A DNA stretch of 64,000 bases from Podarcis erhardii (lineage: Eukaryota), in assembly GCA_964252035.1 (NCBI GenBank), contig OZ176204.1. One strand, written 5' to 3'. Below are positions 13,583 to 26,679 of the stretch, in pieces. Both the position numbers and the translations under genes were made by a program. Numbering within the stretch: position 1 is the stretch's first letter; every line of letters begins with the position of its first letter. The notes beneath the pieces were generated by a model. That model was not told the DNA's origin. It searched no databases and worked only from the letters and a program-made list of their open reading frames with translations.

Positions 13583-14352
13583 GTAAGCTGCTCGGGGTTG
13601 CTCGCTTGCTCCTAATGCAGGCAGGTCTGATGCAGCAAGGGGAGCGCTCGTGTTTCTCACCAGGGAGAGGGTTTCTTTGGTTTTTGAAAGGCTGCTTCTA
13701 CTGTGGGACTGCCTTTGTTGGTGCTTGGAGCGGCAGCAGCTTCTCGTTTTACCAGGCAGCTTTCATGAGGCAGTTGCTGTAGGGCAGGAACCAGCAGGTT
13801 CATCTCCAATAACGTCAAGCAACTGGGAGCTCCTTTGTGGCACAATTAGGTTAAATTCACCTCAAGGCAGAAAGGGGTACACTGCCTATCTCAAGGTGCA
13901 GTGTGTTGTCGATGTTGAGTAGGCTGGCAGCACTGTATGCTGGAAACTGGTCCTTGCAGGAATTAGCAGCATAACTTGGTTTCCAGTGTGCAGATTTGCC
14001 ACTCCCCTTCTTGGCAGCTTCCGTACTATGACATTAACAAGTTCTCCAACTGTTTGTCTCACAGCATCCTATTGTGACGGACAAAAATGAGTAATCATAA
14101 ATAAGGTCTACATAATCTAATAAAGGAGCATTGTTGTGTGTCTTGTTACCAGAGTCATGATTTCACAAATGTTTCCAGTCTGTCATCTTGCTTTTCCAGA
14201 CAGAATAATAATCTGTTCCTGGAACCCAGTTTGCACTTTGTTATCATCTAGGTGAATTAGTTGTAATTTTGGGCGCTTGCAGGCTGCTATTATTGTAATC
14301 TTTCTGTTGAGACCCAGTGGTTGGCTACATCCCCTCCCATGCTGACTAGGAT

Positions 14353-14760
14353 GTGTGATCAGAAGCGTAGTATCCAGAGCACAAAATGTGATAGTTTCAT
14401 TATTGTGCGCTAGTTGAATCTGGACTAGTGCATGCAGTCCTGGACGCCATGTTTTAAGGGGGATACGGGCAAGCTGGAGAATGTTCCATGGAAGGCAACC
14501 AGGATGCTGAGATGTGGAGGAACCAAGTCATATGAAGAACAGTTGAAAGAGCTGGATGTGTTTAGCCTGGAGAAGAGAAATTTAAGGGGAGACATGATAG
14601 CTGCCTTTGACTATCAGAAGGGCTGTCACTCAGATCAAGAAACAGATGTGTTCTCTGTTGCTCCAGAGGGCAGAACTTGCACCAATGGGTGGAAATGGCA
14701 AGGAAGCTGATTTCACCTAAACATTAGGAGAAAATTCTTAATGGTAAGATCTATTTATCA
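14353..14760 (+). mobile_element. CR1 LINE ORF2 C-terminal fragment in an LZTS2 intron
   Basis: ORF 14432-14710 gives KSYEEQLKELDVFSLEKRNLRGDMI, matching the CR1 motif [23 protein letters not shown]. Confidence 0.85.
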
Positions 14761-14967
14761 GCCTTAAAAAAAAGTATGCAAAACAGGGACTGTTTCCCTC
14801 CTCCCACCTGCCTGAAATTTGACAGGTCTGATCCCTGGGAGGGGTAGTGGAAATTCTGGAATGTTGATGCCAACTGAATTAAAACACAGAAGCTGCAAGC
14901 GGCGGCAGAGCTTTCCTAATGCAAGCAGTGACCTTGGGGTTGATGAAAAGGGGTGCTTTCCTTCCAG

Positions 14968-15237
14968 GTGTACGAGGAGAAGCAGAGGCGCTGCGAGGAA
15001 GAGATGGAAGAGCTGCGGCAGGGCTACACCGCCAAGCTCCAGCAGTCAGCGCAGAAGGCCCAGCGCAGCCAGCAGGTGCTGCAGCTCCAGATCTTCCAGC
15101 TGCAGCAGGAGAAGAAGAAACTCCAGGAGGACTTTGCACAGCTGCTGGCCGAGCGGGAGCTGCTGGAGAAGCGCTGCGCCTCCTTTGAGCGAGAGCACAC
15201 GGAGCTGGGGCCCCGCTTGGAAGAGACTAAGTGGGAG
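14968..15237 (+). CDS. LZTS2: LZTS2 coding exon 3 (90 codons)
   Basis: AG at 14966-14967. Encodes the coiled coil VYEEKQRRCEEE...LEETKWE. GT at 15238. Confidence 0.95.
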
Positions 15238-16138
15238 GTGAGCCCAGGCTGCGTGAAAGAGGGGCTTCCCTGGCTCCCCCACCCCCAGGTTTGAAAGTTG
15301 CATAGTGCACAAGGTTGCACCGCTAGCAGAGGGCTGGCTGTGCTGCTTTCAAAGATCCTGGAGGTTCCCTCTTGCCTTATTTCCCCTTAGAAGTCTTTAA
15401 ACACATGCCTTTAGTCTATACAGGGAAGTCGTCCCCCCCCCCCCCAATCACTAGTTATCTCTTTCTGGCTGAATTGGAGGACAGTCCAGAGCAGCCTTCC
15501 CATCCAGCTGCCCTCCAGATGTTAGTTGACAACAACTCCCATCATCCCTGACCTTTCACCCTGCTGACTGATGGGAGTTTGAGCCCAACAGCCTCTGATT
15601 GTTGAAGAAGGCTGGTATAGAGTCTTGAAGTATAGCTTTCACCGTGGGCTTGGGAATAATCCCTGGCATACTTTTTAGTTCTCTCTCATATCCTCAAAAC
15701 ACATCATTTTGGGCACTGTTCAGAAGATGTCGAGCAGAGATGTTTGGGTCTTTTGGGGTGGGGGGAGTGGAGGAAATCTTCCTGTTGACAGGAGCGCATT
15801 ATTCCTGGCCTTTGGTGGGAGAGAGTATCAGGGCTCACCCTGCTTGAGATTATTGGACTCCCTTTTCAATCTCTTCCATCCTTGCCCTAGGCTTCTGTTC
15901 TGCAGGCTGTGATTTTGCTCTAGGGCTTGAGGACAGCAGGCTACCTTCTCATGGAGGAGAAGGCTAAGGATGGTTACTAGCCGTGATGGGTGTGCTCTGC
16001 CTTCCACTGCTGGAGGCAGTAATCCTTCTGAATACCTGTTTCTGGAAACCACCAGAGGGGAGAGGGATCTTGTGCTCAGGAGTCCCGCTTGCGGGTTTCC
16101 CACAGGCATCTAGTTGGCCGGTGTGAGAACAGGATGCT

Positions 16139-16280
16139 GGGATAGCTCAGTCAGTAGAGCATGAGACTTAATCTCAGGGTTGTGGGTTCAAGCCCCACAT
16201 TGGGCAAAGGATTGCAGGGGGTGTGGACTAGACGATCCCCTTGTTCCCTTCCAACTATGATGTCTATGATTTTTCTATGA
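16139..16280 (+). mobile_element. tRNA-derived SINE with CR1-like tail (Squam3-like), nested in an older repeat
   Basis: Head gggatagctcagtcagtagagcatgagac...gggttcaagcccc carries A/B box motifs. Tail ggactagacgatcc...ccttccaactatga...ctatga. Confidence 0.8.
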
Positions 16281-16412
16281 CTAGACGATTCACTGGCCTG
16301 ATCCAGCAGAGCTCTTCTTACATTCTTAATCCAACCACGCCTCTTGCTCTGCTGGGTCAGAATCTCTGGCATCTTCCAGGTCAGCTGATGCATCTTGTTT
16401 CACTCCCACCAG

Positions 16413-17081
16413 GTGTGCCAGAAGTCTGGCGAGATCTCGCTACTGAAACAGCAGCTGAAGGAATCGCAGGCGGAGGTGGCTCAGCGGGGCAACGAGCTGG
16501 TGCTTCTGAGGGCCCAGCTGAGGGAAGCAAGGGCTGAGCTGCAGGCTGGTGAAGAGCAGGTGCTGGGCTTGCAGGAAGTGGCCCACACCAAGTCCTTGGA
16601 GCTGGAGGTGTGTGCCAACGAGCTGGCCAGGCGCAAGAGCGAGGCGGAGCTGCTGCGTGAGAAGGTGGGGCGGCTGGAGCATGAGTTGGAGGGACTGCGC
16701 AGTGTGGGCGGGGAGCTCTGCCCCCTGTTGGCCGAGTGCGACGAGGCCAAGGCCCAGCGCCAGGCAGCCGATACCCTGCAGGGCTTGCGCTCCCAGGCCG
16801 AACGGCTGCGCGCCGAGCTGCTGTGTGAGCGCCGGCGCGGCGAGGAGCAGCGGGAAGCTTTCCACGCCGAGCGTGTCACTTGGCAGGGGGAAAAGGACAG
16901 GGTCATCCGCTACCAGAAGCAGCTGCAGCACAACTATATCCAGATGTACCGGCACAACCGTGACTTGGAGAGCCAGCTGCGCCACCTTAGCCTTGAACTC
17001 GAGGCCCGGGACATGGAGGAGTACGAGATGCATGGGGGCGAAGGCATCTGCTTCGAGGAGATTGCCGCCACCGAGATCTGA
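16413..17081 (+). CDS. LZTS2: LZTS2 terminal coding exon (222 codons + TGA)
   Basis: AG at 16411-16412. Encodes VCQKSGEISLLKQQLKESQ...VIRYQKQLQHNYIQMY...EEIAATEI*, the Fez1/LZTS C-terminus. Confidence 0.95.
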   Translation: MCQKSGEISLLKQQLKESQAEVAQRGNELVLLRAQLREARAELQAGEEQVLGLQEVAHTKSLELEVCANELARRKSEAELLREKVGRLEHELEGLRSVGGELCPLLAECDEAKAQRQAADTLQGLRSQAERLRAELLCERRRGEEQREAFHAERVTWQGEKDRVIRYQKQLQHNYIQMYRHNRDLESQLRHLSLELEARDMEEYEMHGGEGICFEEIAATEI

Positions 17082-17808
17082 CCGTGCCTGGAGGAAGAAG
17101 GCCTTGGTGAATAGGCTGTGCGGCCGCAGACAAGGGAGCGTGCTCTGTTGGACGTGAGAACGGAGTGAGCTTGGGACCAGTGGTGGAGGGAGATGTCTGC
17201 TATACCTGAATCCCACTGGGTAGCACTTGTTCCATTACTTAACTTGGCTGGGGAACTCCCTCCACCCCCACCAGCTTAACAGATTTCACTGCCATTGAGA
17301 TAAGGCAAGGACCAGAAGCCAGGCAGTTTCACTGGGAGGTAGAGGCTGCTAAGGATTTTGTCAGTATTTCCAGACCTGCCTTGTAGGGAGGCGGGACTAA
17401 CCTAATGAAGCCTGCCCTTTGGAATGTTGTCCTCCTCCTCCATCCCCCACCCCTCCCCATGGGGAAGCAGCTGCCCTCTAGGTCCTAATGCTCCTCAGCC
17501 TCCCACAAAGGTGCTGGCTGTGGTATAAAATGGCTACCACTGTTTTGCCTCCTGTTCTGCGGGCTGGAGATACGGTGAAGGCAGGAAGCTCTCTCTTCTG
17601 CCACTACCTGTATGAAGTGACCCAGCTGGCCCTCAGCCACCACCTGGCTAGAAATTAGGCTGAGTTGGCTTTGCTGACAGCCAGCTGATCCACTTAACCG
17701 GTGGGAAGGAATTAACATCGCCTGTTTTTAGGCTGGCTGGAGAAGCATTTTACAGGATGCTCTTTTGACCTTTGTCCCAGTCCTGGGCTGGGTAAAGTGA
17801 ATCTTTAA

Positions 17809-17814
17809 AATAAA
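17809..17814 (+). terminator. Candidate proximal polyadenylation signal of LZTS2
   Basis: AATAAA about 730 nt after the stop codon. Use not demonstrated. Confidence 0.35.
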
Positions 17815-19191
17815 TGGGGGGCATACAATCAAAAGCCATCGAGAGAAGCCCAGATTCTGTGACTGTGACAAGTTGTACAAATTAAGCAAACTTGCACACA
17901 TGCACTTTGTTTGCATAATTTGTGCTGCTTACAGTAGTTGTAAAGGGCAGGTTGTTTTGTAAGGTCCACACAAGCTATTTTTTTATAGTCATAAGGACAG
18001 CAATAATAAGAATGATAAATAGCGGTAAGACCCAACATTGATTCTCAGGATGCTGAATTCTGGTCCCACATTTAGTGCTTATTTCAGTGCTAAAGAACGT
18101 TCAGAAGAGCTCTGCTGGGTTAGACCAAAGGCCAATATTATGTTTCCACAGTGGCCAACCAGATACCTAAGGGAAGCTCACAAGCAGTGTATGAGCCTAG
18201 CAGCCCTCCCCTGCAGTTTATCCACACACCCCTCAAAAAAAGATGGCATTAGGTGTCAAACTGCTTCTGGTGTATGAAAGTAGCATCTAGCAAATGTGAC
18301 TGGTAGCCATTGTATGGAATTACAGAAGATATGCCGGCCTAGCCTGATCTCACCCAAGGCATTGTGGGAAGACACTGTGCTAGGCTTGCTGAGGAAAAGT
18401 AGTCTCCCCCTGTGCTGTGGAAGCAGGAGCCCCCCCCCCCCCCAGCCCCTCCCTAAGAAGACTAAAAGGCCAAAGCTTCTCAGGCATCTGCACTGGCTGC
18501 CTGATGCCCTGTCACGTGCCCTAACCTTAAGGGGAGCAGGACAGCCAAAGTGTCACAGTTTATAGACGATGTCTCTGAATTTTTATAGACAATGTCATCT
18601 GCATTCCTGCCCCATCCTCACTTCCATGATGAGTCCCGTCATGGAAAATAGGCAGGGTATAAGTAAATATATAATAACAATGATGCCCAAGTTATTTTTA
18701 TAGGACATTCCCAGATATTTGAACTCCTCTTGTTGTAAGCTGGGGATGTCTTGTTCTCCATACAAGACCAGAGCCTGCCCATTTGCTTGGGGTTGCTGAG
18801 TCTTGTACCAGGGCTCTGAGTTTCTTGCCAGTCCCACTCCTCCCCCCCCCCCGGGGCGGGGGACCCTGCTGCATGGGGACCTGGGATGTCCTTCTACCCC
18901 ACCCCCAATTGCCTTTGTCGCTCCTGGTTGAGCTCTGATTTGAGAGTGCCTTTTGTTTGGCCTTGCTGCCTGGGTCTTCCCTCCACCCCCGCCTGTCCTC
19001 CTCCAGCTTGTGCTTTTCTGCCCAGCTGTATCCACTCCCTGCAGGCTCCATAAGCTGCTTGAGGGCCCAGTGGTACTGCCTTTGAGCCTGCCTGCAGCAC
19101 CATCCTCATGATACCCCCATTGCTTTCCTTTCAAGCCTGGCTGGCAGAGTGCCCTGCTGGCCACTGTTTCTCATGGATGATGTGGGTAGGC

Positions 19192-19323
19192 CATCATTTG
19201 CCAGCCTAATGTCCTTCAGATATTTTGGACTACAGCTCCCATCAGCCTCGGCTGGCACACTGGCTAGGGCTGTTGGGAGTTGTAGTCCAAAATATCTGGA
19301 GGACACCAGGTTAGTGAAGGATG
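19192..19323. mobile_element. Short hairpin MITE (same family as 12099-12235)
   Basis: cagatattttggactacagctcccatcagc ... gggagttgtagtccaaaatatctg inverted arms. Confidence 0.7.
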
Positions 19324-20674
19324 GGGTCAGTTGATGGACAGCGTCCCTTGACTGTTCCCAGATGCCTGCATTTTCAGTTCCATTCCACCTCATGGCTTCT
19401 AACCAAATGTGATTCAGTTTGAATCCTGTTTCTTTTGAACGCTTCGTTCCTGTTTTCAGTCCAGTCTTCCTTTTGGTCTTGGAGGCAATTGAACACCAGA
19501 GTTGCTCCATCCAGTGCCCTCAAGCCCACACATCTTTAAAAATCTGTACGCAAGCTGCTTTTGGAAGTGAGGAAAAAGTCCGACCCAAATGCCCACCCTC
19601 TATTCTCACATCCAAATAGCCTAGGGACCTTTTCTGCAGATGGGCTCTTCAGAGGGCATCATCTCCACTTGCGGAGAGCGATGCCCTCCATACCTGCTGT
19701 GGAAACCCTCCCTGATAAATTAAGCTTTATGCTGCCCACTAGCTTCCTGGAGGTAAAGTGTTTTTAAAAAGAGCTTCATTGCAAATACCCTGCAATATTT
19801 GACCAGGAGCAAAAAAGGTCAGCGAAGCAGGGCCTTGTCTTCTGGGGTGCGGAAAAGTAATTTCCAGAGGAGCTGGACTGGGAGTGGCTGAATATCCTGT
19901 AAAGGAGAAAAGCTCTCTATGGTGGAGTGGAGAGATGTAGCCAGGCTGACTGCATGGGGACAAGGCACATATCCCTGGGGTTAACAGGGTATAGTTGAAC
20001 AAGGAGGACTAGGAACAGGAATGGGTTATCATTTCAGCCAATGCAGGAAGAACCAGATGGCAGAGCAAACATGGCTCACCACCCCGAGTTCTCCTTTGTG
20101 CAGCTAGTCCTTGATGTGCCCATCCTGCCAAGCTGGTCAGATGTTCTTAGCCCCGTCCCTCTGGCTGTGCAAGCGCTGAGCAGAGAAGCCTCTCCTTGAG
20201 TGACTTGTGACCAGAGTGCAGCCAAAGCCCAGCCTAGTTCAGCACCCTGCTTTGACAGCCCCATTGCTAGAGGAGGGACTGCCTGATATCTGCCAGCCTG
20301 GTCTAGCCTTAGCTCCAGTTCCTCCTGTTTATCCGCATGCAAGAAAACGAAAGAGCACACTCAAGAATTTGGGGAGGACGCATTCCAGCTCTGGATCGTT
20401 TGCAGAAGGGAGTTTATGGCTTCCACGTTCACTTGGGAGATTTTTGTGCATTCCGAGAGAACAAGCCATCTCCGCCCACTTCCACCCCTGGTCATTCTTA
20501 ACTCTCCTGTCCATAGCTATGGGAGTGCACGAGATTGGCGCCAGGGACACACAACACTAGACCAAAGGAAAAAGCTTGGTGCATGTTATTTCTGTGACTG
20601 TTGCTTACCTGATCCCTCTCTTCCCCTCCCTTTTTTTAGCACCACTTTGTGTTTTGCTTTTTTTTTTTTTTACT

Positions 20675-20680
20675 TTTATT
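20675..20680 (-). terminator. Candidate polyadenylation signal of PDZD7
   Basis: tttatt on + (AATAAA on -). It is the first canonical hexamer I found by eye downstream of the PDZD7 stop at 22010. Confidence 0.35.
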
Positions 20681-21361
20681 TCTGAAATTGTATATTTTCC
20701 AAGCTGTGTAAATTTCTTGTACAAACCAAAAGAAAAGTGTGAATTAAAAAAAGAAGAAGACGACAAAGCCACTTCTGTGTTTTTTAAGAAAAGCCACCTG
20801 GTGGTTTGATGGGTGAGGGTAGCGGAGCATGGAAGGATGAAGATAGGGTAGAATGGTTCTGATGATGGATGAGAAGCAGAGGTGGGTGGGCTGGTGGTCT
20901 TGCACTTGTTGCTGTATAAAAACTGGGTCCAAATGCACCTTGGTTCACAATTGCCACCTTCACTCAGTGGCTTGCAAAACATTTGTGGCAGCATCTTTTA
21001 AAAAATGCCCCATAAGGAATGTATCCACCTGGGAAATGGACACTCTCTGATCCAAAATAGCAACTTCAGCTCAGGGATAAGAAGAGGATGGATCTATCCC
21101 TTTCCTTTAGCAGATCTTCCCTATTAGGCAATAGCTGGGGGATGCTTTGAAACAGACATTAGGATTCCAGGCTAGAGGTCCTCCCCACGTGGAGTTCAGA
21201 GAAGAGGATTTTCCTTTTTGCTGGCTTGCAACATCATGACCATTGCAGAGCGGCTCTGAGGCTAGATGGAAACAGTGACCACCAGCTTGCTTTGCTATAC
21301 ATCTCCTACTGGGACTCCTGCCTGTTATTTCTCTATGGATTTAGCATTTGAGTTTCAATGG

Positions 21362-21367
21362 AATAAA
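21362..21367 (+). terminator. Candidate distal polyadenylation signal of LZTS2
   Basis: AATAAA followed by U/GU-rich sequence. Confidence 0.4.
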
Positions 21368-22009
21368 GTATTGGGTGAATATATTAAGCCCTGTTTCCTG
21401 CACTAATGATCTTGTGGACTCTTGGACGGTTGTCTCTCCAAAAGGAGAGAAGAAAATCCACAATTCACTTGCAGACGGATGTTCATTGCTCAATCTGAAC
21501 TAGCCGAGTGTCCCAAAAGTGGCCAGGCTGGTTTAAAGGTGCCAGCCCTACATCCTGCTATCTGAAAACCTCCACTCGAATGAGAGCTGTACAAAGTTCC
21601 ATATGCCAAAAACAACTCTGACGCCTGCTCACTACAGCGAGAAGTTTGTTGCAAAGCAACTAGTCCTGGTTGCAGCTGTCCCACTTACAGCTGCTCATGA
21701 AAGCATCTTCATGGTGGATTTTGGAAACAGAACACCTGATTCCTGTCGAGGCTGGTCCTGTGATAGGTGCACCTGCGCTTCCCTGCTGCTACTCCAGAAA
21801 TGGGAAGCTCGACATGTTCCCTTAAGCCCCCTGCTTGCTAAGTGGCTTCCCTTCTTACCCAGCCAGTAATTTGCTTCAGTGGTACCGCTACCTTTCTGAG
21901 CAATAGGCATCCATCATAAACAGGTCCTTTGCTGACAATGGGGGCTTGCAGCCACTTCGAAGGCCTGGGCTGGCCACGTTCTTCAGGACATGTCGCTTTG
22001 TCCACGCCA

Positions 22010-22156
22010 TTACCTGGCTCTCTTCGGCACCTTCACCACAATCTCCATGGGCTCCTTGGCTTTGTTGCGATAGGCCTGGCGGATGATGTCCACAGCTCGC
22101 TGGTGAGTCACGTTCTGCAAACTCTCCCCTTCCACTGCAACCAGCTCTTGGCCCGC
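22010..22156 (-). CDS. PDZD7: PDZD7 coding exon 16 (terminal; end of PDZ3)
   Basis: TAG acceptor at 22157-22159. Encodes [48 protein letters not shown]. Stop TAA at 22010-22012. Missed by the ORF track. Confidence 0.9.
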   Translation of the reverse strand, partial: AGQELVAVEGESLQNVTHQRAVDIIRQAYRNKAKEPMEIVVKVPKRAR

Positions 22157-25100
22157 CTATCAAAAAAAACCCCAAAGGAGTTAGAAAGGGAGGCCCAGCA
22201 TTCCTATATGTTTTATATTGGGGAAGAGATGTAGCTCAAGAAGAAGGACTGCAGCTCAGTGACAGAACATCTGCCTCCCATGCAGAAGGTCTCAGGTTCA
22301 ACCCTGAGCATCTTCAGGTAGGGCTGGGAAAGACTCCTGTCTGAAACCTGCCAGGGAGCTCTTAGAGCAGAAGAATGGTAGGTGCAGCTACACTTCAGAG
22401 CTAGAGTCACCAAATATACACGGGAACCAAGCTGTCTTAGCTATGGTGATGCTGCATGGAACAAGCCCCTCAGCTGACCTACCTTTCTTGTGTCTCACTT
22501 GTGTAAGCAGCTCCATCTTTGCTGTGCCCCTTGGTACTCGGTATATCAGCCTTCCTTAACCATCCAGATGTTTTGGGCTACACCCTTCAGCCCCAGCTAG
22601 CATGCTGACTGGGGCTGATGGATATTACAGTCTAAAACAGGAGCAGCCAACATGGTGTCCTCCAGATGTTGTGGAATACAACTTCCATCATCCCTGACCT
22701 TTGGCCATCTTGGTGGATGGGGATTGTAAGCCCAAACATCTAGTGAGCACCAGGCTGGGGAACACTGCACATATTCTTCAGTGCTGGTTCCTTGGATATG
22801 ATGCCCTCGGTGAGCTCCCTCCCCTGAACGAGACCTCTTTCTCACTGCAATTGTTGCTGCCCAACGACTTGCCTCTCCCATTGCCTTGCCCATTGCAAGG
22901 TGTGCAGAAGTGACTGCTCTTGCTCTTTGCACTGCTCAGGAGGTTGAAGAGGGGAGGAAAAGTAACAACAAGGAGGAGGAACAGTATGTCCAGGAGCCTC
23001 CAGAGATTGGCAGCGGGTCCCCTGTTCAGATGTGGACCTTAGCAGATGCCCAGCAATGCCATAAGAACAGTCTGCTGGAGCAGGCCCATCTAGCCCATCA
23101 ACCTGTTCTCACAACTGCCAGGCAGGTGCCTGTAGGAAAGTGGCCAGGAGGACCCAAGGGCAAGAGCACACCCCTTCTGCAATTCCCAGCAACTTGCACT
23201 GAATCCACAACTGCCTCCTGTTGTCTTTAAAAGCCATTCCAAGTGGTGGCCATCACAGCCTCCTGTTGGGGAGAGTCCCATAGTTCAGTTACGTGTCAAG
23301 TGACAATGCCGAGCTGGATATTGCATCCTGAATTAGCAGAATAGCTGGATCCCTGTGTATAGCAGTAATGCAAAAGCTAAGCTGGGGAGAGAGAGAGACT
23401 CCTGTCTGTGGGCTTGGCAGGGAGGTGGTCTGGCCGCAGAGAAGGGAGCTTTGAAGAAACTGGCAAGCCTTAGGTCAACACCCTCCTCCACCACCAGCAG
23501 CCCTCCATAAATATCGCAGAGGAGTGTCACCTGTGCCTCTAGCCAGCCATTGACTGTTTCTCCCCGCCACAGCAACCTGGGGGACCATTAGGCCTCCCCC
23601 CCTCCAGAGCCACCTGGCAATCTGGGCCTGCCGTCCCCTCAGTGAAGAGGCCACTGAGGGGGAAATCTAATTACAGCTGCTCCCGGGGACAGATGAAAAG
23701 TTGCCTGGTGGGCGGGCGGGAGGGCCAAGGCCCACAATGGTTCTTTGTCAGCGCCTGGCCTCATTACGCAGGCCTTGTGAAATGCCGCACAGCGCCCTGA
23801 ACCGTGGGGAACCCTGAATGGCACAATGGGGTGTGTATGCCCGCCGCTGGGGCCCTTGGCCTCATTATAGGACAAAGCACAATGAGCGTTTACTTGGTGG
23901 GGAGGGGGCGGATGTCTTAAAAGGGTGAAACCGCGCAGGGAGGTAGGGCTGTGGGGATGTCAGATGGGAGGCGCAACCCCTTTGCCATGGAAGGGGCAAT
24001 GTAAGTGGGTGGGGTGGGGGTCAGGTTCCTGGTATGGCCACCATGGCACGCTCTTCTGTTTGGGAGCCAGGAGACTGGCTTGCTCAATGTGGCTTGGTGG
24101 CTCCTTAGAAAGCTTTGATCACTCTTTCGCAAACACAGGGATCAGTGTGGCTCACTTGGGATTCCCCTGCTTGTGATCTGGTGATCCCATCCCAGTCCTG
24201 TGGTGATGGACTCTCAGACATAAATACTCTGGAATAAGGTGGGTCTGTTTTGTAGAGATGCCTTGAACCCTAGTTGTGGATTATGGGAAAATCCTGTTTT
24301 GCTAGCATAACCCAGTGTGTCCTCATACTGGGACAAAAAAGTGGGATAAAAACGTCATTGATTAATGAATAAATAGATCCAGGCTTTGCTGATTAAGGTC
24401 TCCCTCCCTGGCAAAGGGATATGATATGGCACACTTGAAGGATTGTTATATTACCTTCCTGTATATGGATTTGACTGGCTGAAATCTCTCTGTCTCTCTT
24501 TTTTTATTTCTTCCAAATTAGTCCCACTTATGCACCATGATTTTTAGATTACAATGGTTTCATCAAGATCCTACAAGCTGCAATAGATTCCTCCATGCAG
24601 TCTTTTTCAGTTGTACAGTAAAAGTGTGCTTGCATTGAAAGCAATTTATTAATTCATAGCAATAGGAACAGAGGAATAAATTTAGTAGGTTCTATGTGTC
24701 GCAATTCCACACAGAAGCTACAGTCCTGTTCATCTTTGGGGATTAAGCTCCCTTGCACTCGGGAGGAGTTACTTTTGAGTAAGCTTGCATAGGATTAAGG
24801 CTGCATGAACAGTGGTGTAGAGGGACAGGCTGCTTTGATGGGAGGAGGAGAGAGGAAGAACAGACTGTAGAGACAGCAAAGCGAGAGTATAGGGATTAGG
24901 AAAGGAGAGAGATTGCTGCCTGCTCTATGACAGACTCCCCTGGGTGACCTTGGCCAAGTTGCTTCCCTGCTAGTATGGGGGATAGGAGGGAGGGTGCTGT
25001 CCTCCTCTGCTGGTGGGTTATGTGGGGGGGGGAGGAGCTGGGTGTGCAAATACTGGCTCCCAACAGAGCTGCTGAAGCAACTGCACAAATCCTATTGAAA

Positions 25101-25629
25101 GTGCACAGAGTAAGTGTTGTTTGCTGCATGCTGCAGAAGCTGTGTATGTTGCTGTGGACAAGCTGAGAAGAAATATATAATGGCTATGCAAAGATCAGCT
25201 ACACTAGGGACAACCCATGTGCTGCGCTCCAGATTCTGTTGCCCTCACACCATCCCTAACCATTGAGCCATGGTGACTTGGGCTGATGGGAGTTATAGTC
25301 CTGTAACATGGAGAGCACACACTACATTGGCTTCCTGGACCAGACTTTCTCCACCTTGAGCCCCCAGATGTTGGACTACAACTTCCACCATCCCTGGCCA
25401 CTGTTCCTGCTAGCTTGGGATGGTGGGAGTTGTAGTCCAATAACAGCTGGGGACCCAAGGTTGAGATAGGCTGGCCCAGACCAGACTGAGTAGTGCTTTG
25501 CTGTGGGCCATGGCAGATCGTAATACTCAGCTGCTAAGTAGAGAAACAAGGTTTGTGGGTGGGGAGTACCTGGCCTCTGTATGGAGCTGGTGCCGCTGAA
25601 AGCCAGCCTTGCTTTGCTGCTCTGCTTAC

Positions 25630-25730
25630 CTCCAGTTCTCCACTCAGGGATGCTGCTCCCCCCGGAAAAATCTTTTCAATCTTCACCATTGGCTGCAATT
25701 TGGACTCTATCCCACCGGAAATACTGATCC
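25630..25730 (-). CDS. PDZD7: PDZD7 coding exon 15 (PDZ3)
   Basis: Encodes [37 protein letters not shown] acceptor and GTAAG donor; phase 1 in, 0 out. Confidence 0.93.
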
Positions 25731-26679
25731 CTGGAAAACAAAGTAGTTCTCTGTGAGCACTCGGGAGTAAGTTGGAAAAGTGGCTGAGCCAATACAATCC
25801 ACTGCCAATACCATCCTCCCTGTCTGGAGAAGAGGAGCACCAGGTGTGCCAACAGCCTGGAACAGCAGGTGGTGCCAGAGAGTGGCGCACATGCTTCGCT
25901 TGCTGGCAATTCGGAAAACAACAGGCCTGCAGACTCCTTAAGCACATGGTCTTCCAATTTGGTGTCCTGGCCTTGTGAGGTAGCAGGACCAAGCCAAAAG
26001 TTGTTGCTGCTGGAACAAAAGACTCGTTTCTCTTTCCTCACAGCAATTGGACTTCTCCATGACTGTTAAAAGTGGCATAATAGTGCTTTAAAGGTGTGGT
26101 GTGGATGAGACCTAATTCTAAACGGGTGTTCACCACCTTGTTTACCTCCAAAGCAGGGTAGTCCTGCTGAAAAACCAGAGAGGTTTCTGAACTTTCCCTT
26201 GTCATCCTTGGGCAGGAGAAGGAGAGGTCCTTCAGCCTTCCAGATGTTACTGAACTACAGCTCCTGTCCTCCTTCCCCATTGGCCACACTGGCTGGGGCT
26301 GATGGGAGTCGAGTCCAAGCTCCCTTCTCCTGTTCTAGGGAAATGGGAAGTACAATCTAAGCCAATACAGGGGAACACAAGCAACCTGGGTGGCAAACCA
26401 TTGCAATGCTCCTCCCAGACTGAAGGAAGTCTGTAGCTGCTATCGACTTTGCTGGAGGTGACAGGAAGGGCTATCCATATGTGACCCCCCTCCCTTTGAT
26501 ACCTTCCAATGAATTGAAGCCTGAAATCTCAGATCTATTCCTTTCGGTAGTCTGAGATTCCTCACCTCGTAACAGTCAGAGTTGAGAGCTGTTTCCTTAG
26601 CTGTACGCAAATCACCCAGAAGGAAGGGCTGGGACCTTTGCTTCCATTTCCAGGGCTGTCAGCGGTGCCTTTAACTTAC

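Noticed and set aside
16139-16210. tRNA-like sequence as a tRNA gene
   Set aside because: It continues into a CR1-like SINE tail, has a deletion in the anticodon arm, and recurs at 48199-48327. It is a SINE head.
16440-17216. 258-aa antisense ORF, plus a 202-aa alternate-frame ORF at 16549-17157, over LZTS2 exon 4
   Set aside because: Shadow ORFs of GC-rich coiled-coil codons (CTG/CAG/GAG). No recognisable protein.
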